64,000 nucleotides of DNA, from positions 608,001 to 672,000 of the forward strand of contig CAWFDF010000008.1 in NCBI GenBank assembly GCA_963814585.1, in the 5' to 3' direction. Shown here piece by piece: positions 38,832 through 48,949 of this stretch (its first letter is position 1; every line of letters starts with the position of its first letter). A program made the position numbers and the translations under genes. The notes below the pieces were generated by a model. It had not been told where the DNA came from. It searched no databases and worked only from the letters and a program-made list of their open reading frames with translations. Source of the stretch: an uncultured delta proteobacterium (GTDB taxonomy: Bacteria > Myxococcota > Myxococcia > Myxococcales > Anaeromyxobacteraceae).

Positions 38832-39286
38832 GTGGTCGATCCCTTCTTGCGCCAGGCGAGGACCAGCGCCGCGAAGACGGCGGCGATGGCGACGAGCCCG
38901 ATCAGCGGGCGGAGGACGAAGGCCGCGGTCGAGACCACCGTGGAGGCGGGCGCGCCGGCGCCAGGCTGGGGGCCGGCCTCGACGCCCACGTCGAGCCCGT
39001 GGCCGGTGGCGTCGATCACCTTGACCCGCCAGGTCCCCGGCACGTCGGGCGTGAAGGCCAGCCAGCCGGCCCGGTCGGTGCGCCCCTTCTGCCAGGGGAG
39101 CTTCGGGTCGGCCGGCGAGTAGACCTCGAAGGCGGTGTAGGCCAGCACCTCGCCGTCGGCGAAGGAGGCCTTGACCGCGATGGCCTTGCCCCGCTGCACC
39201 TCGTGGAGCGTCTCGTGGGCCGCGGTCGGCGCCGCGGCCAGCACCAGCGCCGCGACCATCCCCAGCCGCGCGGCACCGTGGCTCAT
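38828..39286 (-). CDS. NikL/CbiL-like accessory protein of Ni/Co uptake
   Basis: Signal peptide then A-H, FADG, GRTD..G..AF.P..PG.W.V...DATGHG, C-terminal TM helix. Confidence 0.7.
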   Translation of the reverse strand: MSHGAARLGMVAALVLAAAPTAAHETLHEVQRGKAIAVKASFADGEVLAYTAFEVYSPADPKLPWQKGRTDRAGWLAFTPDVPGTWRVKVIDATGHGLDVGVEAGPQPGAGAPASTVVSTAAFVLRPLIGLVAIAAVFAALVLAWRKKGSTT

Positions 39287-39975
39287 CTCGCCACCTCGAA
39301 GCTGAACGAGGCCTCCAGCACCTCGGCGTCGGCCTCTGGGCTGGCCACCTGGCGGCGCCAGGTGGCGCTGATGGTCTCGATGGCCGCGCTGCGGATCCTG
39401 ACCCGCACCTCGCCGGCCCTGTCGGTCTCGCCGAGCGGCTGGTGGTCGATGGCCACGATGGCGCCGGCCACCGGCCTGCCGCGCGAGAGCAGGCGCAGCG
39501 TGATCTTGTCCCCAGGCCTCGCCTTCCCGAGATCGCTCACCGCCGCCAGCTCGAGCTCGTCGCCCAGCACCGTTGCGGCCGCGCCGGGCTGCCGGGCGTC
39601 CACCCACTTGGCGAACTGGCGCGAGACCCAGGACTTGACCGCGTCGGCCACCTGGTTCCTCGGCTTGTTCACCTCGCCGTCGGGCGTCAGCGAGTAGAAG
39701 CCGCTGTCGAGGAAGGCCGAGGCGGCCGGGCAGCGGCCGGGGAGCCTCACCTCGGAGGCCGCGAAGTCTGCGCCAGCGAGCAGGTCTCGGGCCCTTCCGG
39801 ACTCGAGGCAGCGAGCGGCCTTGACCTTTTGCCTCTCGATGGCCAGCAGCTCGCCGCCGTGATGGCCGTACCGGAGTGACAGCCCGTCGCCGGCAGGCTC
39901 CAGCCAGAAGTCGTGCGCGGCGCCAGGTGAAGGCGCCGTCAACAGGGCGATGGCGACGAGGACCTGGACCCGCAC
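39283..39975 (-). CDS. DUF4198 (NikK-like) periplasmic protein
   Basis: Signal peptide then AHDFWLEP...YGH, FAK, TD..G; GTG start inferred so that the gene does not overlap the operator. Confidence 0.75.
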   Translation of the reverse strand: MRVQVLVAIALLTAPSPGAAHDFWLEPAGDGLSLRYGHHGGELLAIERQKVKAARCLESGRARDLLAGADFAASEVRLPGRCPAASAFLDSGFYSLTPDGEVNKPRNQVADAVKSWVSRQFAKWVDARQPGAAATVLGDELELAAVSDLGKARPGDKITLRLLSRGRPVAGAIVAIDHQPLGETDRAGEVRVRIRSAAIETISATWRRQVASPEADAEVLEASFSFEVAR

Positions 39976-40002
39976 GGCGATCCCCGATGGCAAACAACTG
40001 CG

Positions 40003-40029
40003 GTAGCACGACATTCCGTATCGTATTAC
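40003..40029. promoter_or_regulatory. NikR-like operator GTAGCAC-N13-GTATTAC
   Basis: Imperfect inverted repeat with 13-bp spacer directly upstream of the Ni/Co operon; overlaps the likely -10 downstream of minus-strand TTGACG (40052-40047). Confidence 0.7.
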
Positions 40030-40149
40030 TCGTGCTGGTCCGCCCTCGTCAAGCGGAATGCCACGCCCGGGGGCTCGCGCGGCCCAGGCCGCTCCAGCGT
40101 TTCCGGCGGCCCTGCGGGCCGACTGGGACTGGCCTTCGACCCGGCGGCC

Positions 40150-40617
40150 TCAGGAGGCGGCGACGCCCAGGTTGGCCACCGGCTGCGCCCTCTCACAGGA
40201 CATCCACTCGTGCGTGTCGAGCAGGACGGCGTCCTGGTGCGACCCCGCCGGCATCAGCAGCACCGGCTCGTCCTCCAGCTTGGAGTCCATGAAGATGGGG
40301 ACCCCGAAGAGCGCGAAGGGCGGCTCGCTGCCCCGCTCGCAGGGCTCGAAGCGAGGCGCGAACTCGGCCTCGGAGACCAGCTCGACCTCCAACCCGGTGG
40401 CCTCCTCGAGCGCCGCCAGGTTGAGCCGCTCCGAGGCCGCCACCACCGCCAGCGCCAGGTCGCCGGCCATCCGGATCACCACCGGCTTGGCGACACGGCG
40501 GCCGGAGACGTGTTCCGTCGCCGCCAGGGCCTGGGCGCTCATCGCCTCCGGGTGGACGTGGTGCTCGAACCCCTGGTGCTTCTGCCGCAGGTGCGCCTCG
40601 ATCATCGTCGGGATCAT
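40150..40617 (-). CDS. YbaK/EbsC/ProXp aminoacyl-tRNA deacylase family
   Basis: H.....AQALA...HVSG..VAKPVV, F.PCE.G..PPF...G, AGSH. Confidence 0.85.
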   Translation of the reverse strand: MIPTMIEAHLRQKHQGFEHHVHPEAMSAQALAATEHVSGRRVAKPVVIRMAGDLALAVVAASERLNLAALEEATGLEVELVSEAEFAPRFEPCERGSEPPFALFGVPIFMDSKLEDEPVLLMPAGSHQDAVLLDTHEWMSCERAQPVANLGVAAS

Positions 40618-40808
40618 GACTGCCTCCGGGGTGGGAATCGCCTCCCCTGCCCGACGATCCTGCGCTCCCCGCATGGCCGCCGACAGGCCCCATCCGGACG
40701 CCCTCCATGATGGGATGAGCGCGCCGGCGCGGGCCGCGCCAACGGCCCTCGGTCCAACCGCGGGTGGCGCCCCTCCCCTCAGGAGAGCCAAGCCCCTGGA
40801 TTCGCTCG

Positions 40809-40897
40809 AGAGAGCGTTACTCCGGAGAGTGCGCTACTCCGGGTCGGATTGAGGATTGAGGGTCGGATTGAGGTTGCAGCGCGCTACCCTGGGTCGG
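40809..40897. repeat. Nest of short direct repeats
   Basis: GGGTCGGATTGAGG at 40841-54 and 40860-73; GCGCTAC(TCC/CCT)GGGTCGG at 40831 and 40881; related GCGTTACTCCGG at 40814. Confidence 0.6.
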
Positions 40898-40971
40898 GTC
40901 GCCAGAAACGGCGGGACGCTGGCGAACGAGAGCAGTTCGCTGGGGCCCAGGTTCGGTGCAGCGCGGCCAAG

Positions 40972-42423
40972 CTAGAGCGGCGGATACTCGATGTCCACCC
41001 CGACGACGGTGACGTCCCCGACGTAGGTCCCCGTGTTGTTCTGGATCCTCAGGTACCACCACGATCCCAGCAGGAAGTTCGCCGGGACGGTGAAGACCAT
41101 TTCGTAGGATTTCCCGAACAGTCCGGAACCCGCAGCCATCGTCACCGCCCCGTTCGAGTACTGGCCGGTCACGTCATTGACGGCCGCCCCTCCAGCGTTG
41201 GCGGAACCTGCCCGGAGGTACCAGTCCACCGTTCCGGTTGCCGCAGCCGGGGCCAGGAACCAGTAGCGAACCGTCACCGCCCCGGTCCCGTTCCAGTCAA
41301 GTGGCCTCCGCGCACTCAACCAGAGCGACTCCGTCCCGCCGGGCAGAGTCCACTGCATGCCGTTGTACACGGGCGTGAACGTCGCGCTCATGGGCGACCG
41401 GCCGAGTACCGTCGCGGGGAAGCTGATGACCCTGGTGGAGGCATTGGCGGCGTGGTTGTGGTCTCCGCGCGCGACGGTGGTCGCCGCGCCGTTGTTCCCA
41501 CCGGCCGCCGTGAAGGCCGAGGCGAACTGCGTTCCCGTCAGGGTGAGCCCCGCGCCGGCCGTGTAGGCGGTGTTGGCGTCGGCCACGCAGCCGAAGGCCG
41601 ATCCATTCCAGGTGAGAACGGCGCCGGCGCCGCAGGCCGAGGCCGGCGCCGCCAGGGGCGTCACCCAGGTCCAGGCGTCGGCGGCCGCCTTGGACGGCAC
41701 CTGTCCGGTCGCCCCGACGGTGCCCACCAGGCGGGAAGGCGCGATGACGCCGGCCGCCACGGCGTTGGCCGTGCCGGCCGTCGTGGCCGACGTCGCGGTG
41801 GTGGCCGAGGTCGCGTTCCCGCTCAGGCTGCCCGAGAAGGTCGGCGCGGTGACGGTGCCGGTGAAGGTCGGATTGGCGGCGATGCTGATGACCGGCGCAG
41901 TCCCACCGCTCGAGGCCAGGGGCGCGGTCGCCGTGACGCCGGACACGCCCCCGCCACCACCGGAGGGCGTGGCGATGCAGGTCCAGGCCGTCCCGTTCCA
42001 CTGCAGGATCTGGTTGGCCGCGACGCAGCCGGAGACGCCGGCGTAGTCCACCGACAGCGCGTGCGGCGCGGCCCCGATCTTGGTGCGCGGGGTCATCTCG
42101 GCCTCGGCCCCCACCTTGATGCCGAGCCACGTCTGGCTCAGGAACCCGTCGGGAGGAAATGCGCTGGGGCTGGCACCCAGCACCACCGAGAACCAGCCCT
42201 GTGGGTCGAGCGGACCGCTGGTCGTCGTCTGCGTCCAGAGGACGTTGCCGCCGGTGGCCGCGTCATAGAGGGTGAAGATCAGGGTCTGCGGAGCGGTCTC
42301 GGCGCTGAGGTCGGACTTGTGCAAGAAGCCCGAGTAGGTGATCACCCCTTCGTTCAGCGCCGCCGAGGCGGCCACCGGGAGGAGCAGCGCGAGGGCGAGG
42401 CTGGGGATCCGAGTCGTCTTCAT
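40972..42423 (-). CDS. Secreted phage-tail-fibre-like (putative trimeric adhesin) protein
   Basis: Sec signal; ITYSGFL...FTLYDAATGG..LW...FSVVLG...WLGIKV...PR..I.AAPHA domain; C..NQILQWNG.AW.C repeats; GSLSGNAT, YTAGAGL.L.G, ARGDHNH; C-terminal beta-rich head. Confidence 0.75.
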   Translation of the reverse strand: MKTTRIPSLALALLLPVAASAALNEGVITYSGFLHKSDLSAETAPQTLIFTLYDAATGGNVLWTQTTTSGPLDPQGWFSVVLGASPSAFPPDGFLSQTWLGIKVGAEAEMTPRTKIGAAPHALSVDYAGVSGCVAANQILQWNGTAWTCIATPSGGGGGVSGVTATAPLASSGGTAPVISIAANPTFTGTVTAPTFSGSLSGNATSATTATSATTAGTANAVAAGVIAPSRLVGTVGATGQVPSKAAADAWTWVTPLAAPASACGAGAVLTWNGSAFGCVADANTAYTAGAGLTLTGTQFASAFTAAGGNNGAATTVARGDHNHAANASTRVISFPATVLGRSPMSATFTPVYNGMQWTLPGGTESLWLSARRPLDWNGTGAVTVRYWFLAPAAATGTVDWYLRAGSANAGGAAVNDVTGQYSNGAVTMAAGSGLFGKSYEMVFTVPANFLLGSWWYLRIQNNTGTYVGDVTVVGVDIEYPPL

Positions 42424-42437
42424 GTGGTCTCCGCGCA

Positions 42438-42791
42438 TCAAGGCGAGATTGTTCCCTGCGAGATGGAATGGCCCGAGGTGGCGGCCTGCCGGGTGTCGTT
42501 ACCGGCCAGCGTCCCCTGGGTGATGGCGTGCCCCCCTGCAGCCGCGACGCTCCCGGCACCGGGCGTCAGCCGGCCGCGAAGCGTGTGGGCGCCGGCCGCC
42601 TGCGGGGTGCAGCCCGAGCCCGCCGCGCAGGTGGTGCCGCAGTTGTTGGGCGTCACCCCGCAGGTGAGGGTCGCGTTGCAGACCGGGACGCAGCCCGGCA
42701 CCACCGGCGGCGGCACCGAGTCGGGGTCGATGGAGAGCGAGCAGCCGGCCAGCCCGAGCAGCAGGGCCGAGGCCAGGGCGAGGCGGCGCAT
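42438..42791 (-). CDS. Small lipoprotein with Cys-rich linker and GHxI(T/S)QGT repeats
   Basis: Lipobox LAGC; CVPVC..C...NNCG..C....C; start abuts the upstream stop (TAGATG). Confidence 0.75.
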   Translation of the reverse strand: MRRLALASALLLGLAGCSLSIDPDSVPPPVVPGCVPVCNATLTCGVTPNNCGTTCAAGSGCTPQAAGAHTLRGRLTPGAGSVAAAGGHAITQGTLAGNDTRQAATSGHSISQGTISP

Positions 42792-43742
42792 CTAGAACCT
42801 CCCGGAGTAGACGGCCATGAGGCCGCCGTCGGTGGGCACCACCGCCACGGCGGGGGGCGTCGGGGTGAGCAGGAGGTAGACGCCGATGCCGGCCGCGACG
42901 CCGCCGGCGACGAAGCAGACGTCGGCCATCAACGACTTCTGCTTCGCCTCGTCCTTCTTCTTCTCGTAGGTGGCCTGGTCGCCCGCGGCCGCGGCCGCCT
43001 TCTCCGCGTCGTAGGCTGACTTGGCCTGCAGGCCGAAGACCACGCCCAGCCCGGCCACGGCCGCGCCGCTGCCGCCCAGCGTCCAGCCCCAGGTGGACCG
43101 CGACCAGCCTTCCTTGGTGGCCGGCGCGGTGGCCGTCGCCGCCGCTGGCGCCTGCTTGGCCGTGGTCGCAGGCGCCTGGGCCGGAGCGGTGGTTGGCTTC
43201 GCCGCCGTCTCCGCCGCCACCGCCCCGGGCACCGGCAGGTCGCCCAGCAGCGGCGTCAGCAGCTTGCGCACACCTCGCTGCACCGTGGCCACCAGCTTCT
43301 CCTCGCTGCCCTCGACCGACTCGCCGAAGCGGCCCAGCACCCGCGCCTTCTTGGTGTCCACGATCTTCAGGTCGACACGGTAGAGCGCCCCGAGCCGGCC
43401 CAGCGAGCCCACCATCACGTAGTCGACGCCCAGGGCCCCGCCGATCTCGGCGAGGCAGTTGGAGTCGTCGGTGCAGCCCAGCACCTTCTTCTGCTGGTCG
43501 AAGCCGATCATCGAGGCGATGTCCGAGCGGCCGATGATCTCGAACCTCTCCATGTTGGAGGCCTCGGTGAGCGCCACCTCCGAGAGCAGCTCCGCCTTGT
43601 GGACCTCGGTGCCCAGCGAGCGGATCTCCATCACCGCGACCCGGGTCTTCCTGGGGCCGGCCGGTGGGGCGGCCGCCGGCGCCGCCGACGCGAGGACCGG
43701 AAGCAGCATGCCGATGGCCAGCCAGATCTTCAGGCGACGCAT
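42792..43742 (-). CDS. Envelope protein: CsgG/TolB-N-like domain plus C-terminal hydrophobic hairpin and terminal beta-hairpin
   Basis: Signal peptide; RVAVM, C.DD..CLAEIGGALGVDY...GSLGRLG..Y.V.L; two Gly-rich hydrophobic helices; ends VAVVPTDGGLMAVYSGRF. Confidence 0.75.
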   Translation of the reverse strand: MRRLKIWLAIGMLLPVLASAAPAAAPPAGPRKTRVAVMEIRSLGTEVHKAELLSEVALTEASNMERFEIIGRSDIASMIGFDQQKKVLGCTDDSNCLAEIGGALGVDYVMVGSLGRLGALYRVDLKIVDTKKARVLGRFGESVEGSEEKLVATVQRGVRKLLTPLLGDLPVPGAVAAETAAKPTTAPAQAPATTAKQAPAAATATAPATKEGWSRSTWGWTLGGSGAAVAGLGVVFGLQAKSAYDAEKAAAAAGDQATYEKKKDEAKQKSLMADVCFVAGGVAAGIGVYLLLTPTPPAVAVVPTDGGLMAVYSGRF

Positions 43743-43910
43743 TCCACCCCCTCGGCCACGAGCTGCGACCTGAGGTCGCAGACTATCCCCCTCGGGGGCG
43801 GCCCTCCGCAACTCCTGCGTGTACGGTACACTGAAAGAATGGACCTTTCTGGCGACCAGATGTGACGCTGCGCGTAGGGCCACGTGTAGACTTGGCCGAG
43901 AAGGGTCCCC

Positions 43911-45044
43911 ATGCACCTGCACCCGTCGGTGGCAGCCCTTGCCTCCCTGGCCTTGCTGGCCTCCTGCGCCTCGCAGCGGCCGGCCCGGGTCTCGCCCGAT
44001 GGCCGCGAGGTGAGCATCCACGGGGAGCGCTGGCGGACCCAGGACGGGATCACCCTCTTCGAGCGCGGCCGCGAGCTGCACGTGGTGTCGGTTGGCCCGG
44101 AGGCCACCTTCGACGTGGCCGTGCCCATCGGCGAGGACGGCCGCCCGGCCTGGCAGCCCGACGCGCCCTTCGAGGTCTCGGCCGGAGCCATCCGGCTCCG
44201 GACCCGCGGCGGCTCGCGGGTGGCGGCGCTGGTCGACTCGCGGCAGCTCCACCCCCACCACGAGCACTTCCACCTCACCAGCCGCTACGTCAACGCCGAC
44301 TGGCAGGCGCTCTACGCGTTCCGTGAGGAAGGCTCGCCGCTCGACCCGGCGCGGCAGCAGCTGGCCGCCAGCGCCCTCGCCGAGCTCCTCGACGAGCGCA
44401 TCCCGGGGAGCAGCGAGGAGGCCACCCTGGCCTCGCTCCACCGCATCGACTCGGTGCTCGGCAAGGTGCGGCGGGCGGTGCAGGCCGGCCAGCCGGGGCG
44501 GCGGGTGCTCGGCATCCTCAGCCACGACTTCGAGATCTCCGAGGACGGCCGGGCGCTGGAGATCGAGGGGCAGCGCTTCCGCGCCGGCGAGGGGATCCGC
44601 TTCACCTACGACGGTGGCCACTTCCACGTGGAGGCCACCGGCGGCGACTGGGTGCAGGTGGTCCAGCTCGAGGCGATGGAGCCCGGTTCCTTCGAGCTGC
44701 CGCCCTCCTTCTTCTACGAGCTGCGGGACGGGGTGGTCGAGGCCCGGCCGCCCTCCAGCCGCTGGCAGGCCCTGGCCGAGGCGCACCAGGTCCGCTTCGT
44801 CAGGGACCACTGGCACCTCACCGAGGCCTATCCGCCGCTCCGAACGCTCCTGGCCGCGACCGAGGACCCGTCCCTGCCCGCGCCGCTCCGCGAGCGGGCC
44901 CGCGGGCGGGCGCTGGAGGTGCTCCGCATCCGGCTCGACGCCGTCAGCGAGCTGGAGCTGGAGTCCCGGCTGGCGGCCGTGGACGGGCTGGTCGCGCGCC
45001 TGACGGCCGAGACCGCCAGGGAGCGGAGCGGCGTGAAGCGCTGA
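43911..45044 (+). CDS. Hypothetical lipoprotein with an internally duplicated domain and HxH motifs
   Basis: Lipobox LASC; two homologous halves; HPHHEHFH, GHFH and DHWH motifs. Confidence 0.7.
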   Translation: MHLHPSVAALASLALLASCASQRPARVSPDGREVSIHGERWRTQDGITLFERGRELHVVSVGPEATFDVAVPIGEDGRPAWQPDAPFEVSAGAIRLRTRGGSRVAALVDSRQLHPHHEHFHLTSRYVNADWQALYAFREEGSPLDPARQQLAASALAELLDERIPGSSEEATLASLHRIDSVLGKVRRAVQAGQPGRRVLGILSHDFEISEDGRALEIEGQRFRAGEGIRFTYDGGHFHVEATGGDWVQVVQLEAMEPGSFELPPSFFYELRDGVVEARPPSSRWQALAEAHQVRFVRDHWHLTEAYPPLRTLLAATEDPSLPAPLRERARGRALEVLRIRLDAVSELELESRLAAVDGLVARLTAETARERSGVKR

Positions 45045-45147
45045 CACGCCTACGCTTCCCGTCGGCGAGGTGGCGCGCTCGCGGTCGGCTCGCCGCGTCG
45101 GGCTGGCGAGTGTGGGTGCCGCCGGCCCGGGAACCCCGCCGGGATGG

Positions 45148-46950
45148 CTACCTGGGCGCCCCGTAGATCTCGCGGATGAGCGGGCCGAACTTCTTCTCGA
45201 TGGTGGCGCGCCGGACCTTCATGGTCGCCGTGACCTCGTTGTCGTCGTGGTCGAGCTCCTTGTCGAGGAGCCGGAAGGCCCGGACCTGCTCCACCGGCGC
45301 CAGGCCGTCGTTGGCCCGCTCGATCTCGGCGCCGACCAGCTCCAGCACCTGCGGGCACTGCGCCAGGCTCTTGAAGGTGGTGTAGGGGATGCGGCGCTGC
45401 GTCGCCCACTCGCCCACGTTCTCGAAGTCGATCTGGACCAGCGCGGCCAGGAACCTCTCGCCGTCCCCGACCACCACGGCCTCTTTCACGTACGGTGACA
45501 CCTTGATGGCGTTCTCCACCAGGGAGGGAGAGACGTTCTTGCCGCCGGCGGTCACGAAGATGGACTTCTTCCGGTCGACGATGCGGAGCTGCCCGTCGGG
45601 ATCCTGCCGGGCCACGTCGCCGCTGTGGAGCCAGCCGTCCTGGATGGTCTCGGCGGTCGCCTCGGGGTTCTTGAAGTAGCCGGGGAAGATCCCCGGACCC
45701 CTCATGAGCAGCTCCCCGTCGGGCGCGATCCGGTACTCCAGGTCGGGGATGGCCACGCCCACGGTGCCGGGCCGGACCCCGCCCTGGCGCTGCACGAAGG
45801 AGAAGCCGGTGCACTCGGTCATCCCGTACCCCTCGCGGACCGGGATGCCGAGGGCGTGGAAGAACCAGAGGACCTCGGGCGAGACGGCGGCGGCGGCGGT
45901 GAACGAGAGCCGCGCCCGCCGGAGCCCGACGAAGTTCTGGAGCGCCCGCACCACCACCAGCCAGTGGAGCCAGCGGAGCGCCCGGGACCAGGTCCCGATG
46001 GGCTGGCCCGCCAGCTCCGCCTCGGCGCAGCGCCGGCCGTGCCGCAGCGCCTGCTCGAAGAGCCAGCGGCGCCAGCGAGGCGCCTCCTGCATCTTCACCT
46101 GGATGGACGACTGGAGCTTCTCCCAGATGCGCGGCACGCCGAGGAAGACCGTCGGGGCGATCTCGCGGAGGTCCTCCTGGATGGTCCGGACGCTCTCGGC
46201 GAAGTTCACCGCCATGCCGAGGTGGAGCGGCAGGAACACCGAGAGGATCTGCTCGGCGACGTGGCAGAGGGGCAGGTAGGAGACCACCTCGTCGCCGGCG
46301 CCGATGCCGGTCGCCTCGGCGGCGGCCCGGGCCTGGGCCAGGACGTTCCGGTGCGTGATCATCGCCCCCTTGGGGAAGCCGGTGGTCCCCGAGGTGTAGA
46401 TGAGGAAGGCCACGGCGGCGGGATCGGTGGCGTCCACCAGGGCGTCGAAGAGGCCGGGCTCGGCGGCGGCCCGCTCCTCGCCGAGCCGCTGCAGCGCCTC
46501 GAACGAGAGGATGCGCGGGTCGGCGTAGCGCCGCAGCCCGCGGACGTCGGAGACGATGATCCGCTCCAGGCACGGGAGCTCCCCCGCCACCTCGAGGACC
46601 TTGTCCACCTGCTCCTGGTCCTCGCAGACCACGAAGCGGGCCTCCGAGTGGGCGATGACGTAGCGCACCTCGTTGGCCGGGCTGGTGGGGTAGACGCCGA
46701 CGCCGACCGCCGACCCGCACATGGCCGCCAGCTCGGCGTAGACCCACTCCCGGCAGTTCTCGGACAGGATGGCGACCTTGTCGCCGGGCTTCATCCCCAG
46801 CGCCGCCAGGCCCAGGCAGGCCGCGCCGGACGTTCCCCAGGTAGCCGCGCCAGTCGACGCGCTGCCAGACCCCGTACTCCTTCTCGCGGAGGGCGACGCC
46901 GGTGGGCGCCGTGCGCGCCCGCTCGCGCAGGAGCCTGGGGAGGGTGTCGG

Positions 46951-46963
<13 letters not shown>
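45148..46963 (-). CDS. Long-chain acyl-CoA synthetase (AMP-binding), one frameshift ~46823
   Basis: ALREKEYGVW, IYTSGTTGFPKG, YLPLCHVAE, GVPRIWEK, EGYGMTE, GWLHSGD, DRKK, TMKVRR. Confidence 0.9.
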
Positions 46964-47756
<793 letters not shown>

Positions 47757-47760
<4 letters not shown>

Positions 47761-48926
47761 TTGACCTGGATCCAGTCGCTGACCGGCTCGAAGATGCCCT
47801 TGGCGGCGTTGGCCCGGTAGACGCGCCCGACCGCCGCCTTGTTGCTCACGAAGGTGACCTTGCCGGTGACGCCGCCGGTGTCCCAGTCCTTGATGGTGGC
47901 CAGCGCCGCCATCAGGTTGTCCCCGGTGACCGGCTTCCCGGCGGCCACGGTGCGGCGGATCGCCTCGACGTAGACCATCCCGGTGAACCACCCCTGGATG
48001 TAGGTGTTGGGCCGGTACTTGGCGTCGGCCGGGTGGGCCTTCTCGTTGAACTTCCGCATGGCGGCCATCCCCGGCACGTCCTCGTAGTAGTAGCCGTACG
48101 GGTTGACGCCGATGTACCCGTCGGCGTCCTCGCCCAGCTTCTCGATGATCCCCTTGTCCATCGACCAGAAGGTGCTCATGAAGGTGGTCTTGAGGCCGTG
48201 CTCGCGCGCCGTCCGGATCACCTCGGGGACCGGGGCCATGACGAACCCCTGGAAGATGACGAAGTCGGGCTGGGCCTTCTTGAGGTTGAGCACCTCGGTG
48301 GTGACGTCCACCGCGCCGACCTTGGCCACCACCTCGGCGACCACGTCGATGCCGAGCTCGGCGGCCCGCTTCTTCCCGTAGGCGATGGGGTCCTTGCCGA
48401 ACTCGGTGTCGGAGTAGAAGAAGGCCACCCGCGGCTTCTTCCCCTTGGCGCCCTGGGCGATGTACTGGAGCAGGATGCCGAACTGGTCCGAGTAGGTCGG
48501 CCCCGACACGAACGAGTACGGGTGGGTCTTGGGATCGGCCAGCTCGCTGGAGAACGAGGTCGAGCCGTACATCACCTTGTACTTGGAGTTGAGCTCGGGG
48601 GCGATGGCCTTCCCCTGCCCGGTGGACTCCCCGTACATGATGGCGGGGTTCTGCTGGGCCATCATCTTCTTGAAGGCGGCCACCGACTTCTCGGTGTCGT
48701 AGCCGGTGTCCTCGAAGAAGTAGGTGAGCTTCTTCCCCTTCACCAGCCCCTGCTCGTTGGCGTAGGCGATGTAGTCGCCCAGGCCGGCGTTGAGCTGGCC
48801 GCCGGCGAAGGCGAAGCGGCCGGTGATCGGCTGGCAGGCGCCGATCTTGATCTCCTCCTGGGCCAGCGCGGTGGTGGCGGCCGCCGCCAGCAGCGCCGCC
48901 AGGGTGGACTTCAGGGTCATCGTCAT
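47757..48926 (-). CDS. Liv-type ABC transporter periplasmic substrate-binding protein
   Basis: Signal peptide, IKIG....TG.FA, EDTGY, type I PBP pattern; GGAGG RBS. Confidence 0.9.
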
Positions 48927-48949
48927 GTTCGGACCTCCTGTGCCTCGGT

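Noticed and set aside
40047..40064. Minus-strand TGGCATTCCGCTTGAC as a sigma54 promoter
   Set aside because: The -12 dinucleotide is GA rather than GC; TTGACG fits better as a sigma70 -35.
40972..42423. Prophage remnant suggested by tail-fibre motifs
   Set aside because: The protein has a Sec signal peptide and no phage structural, lysis or integrase genes are nearby.
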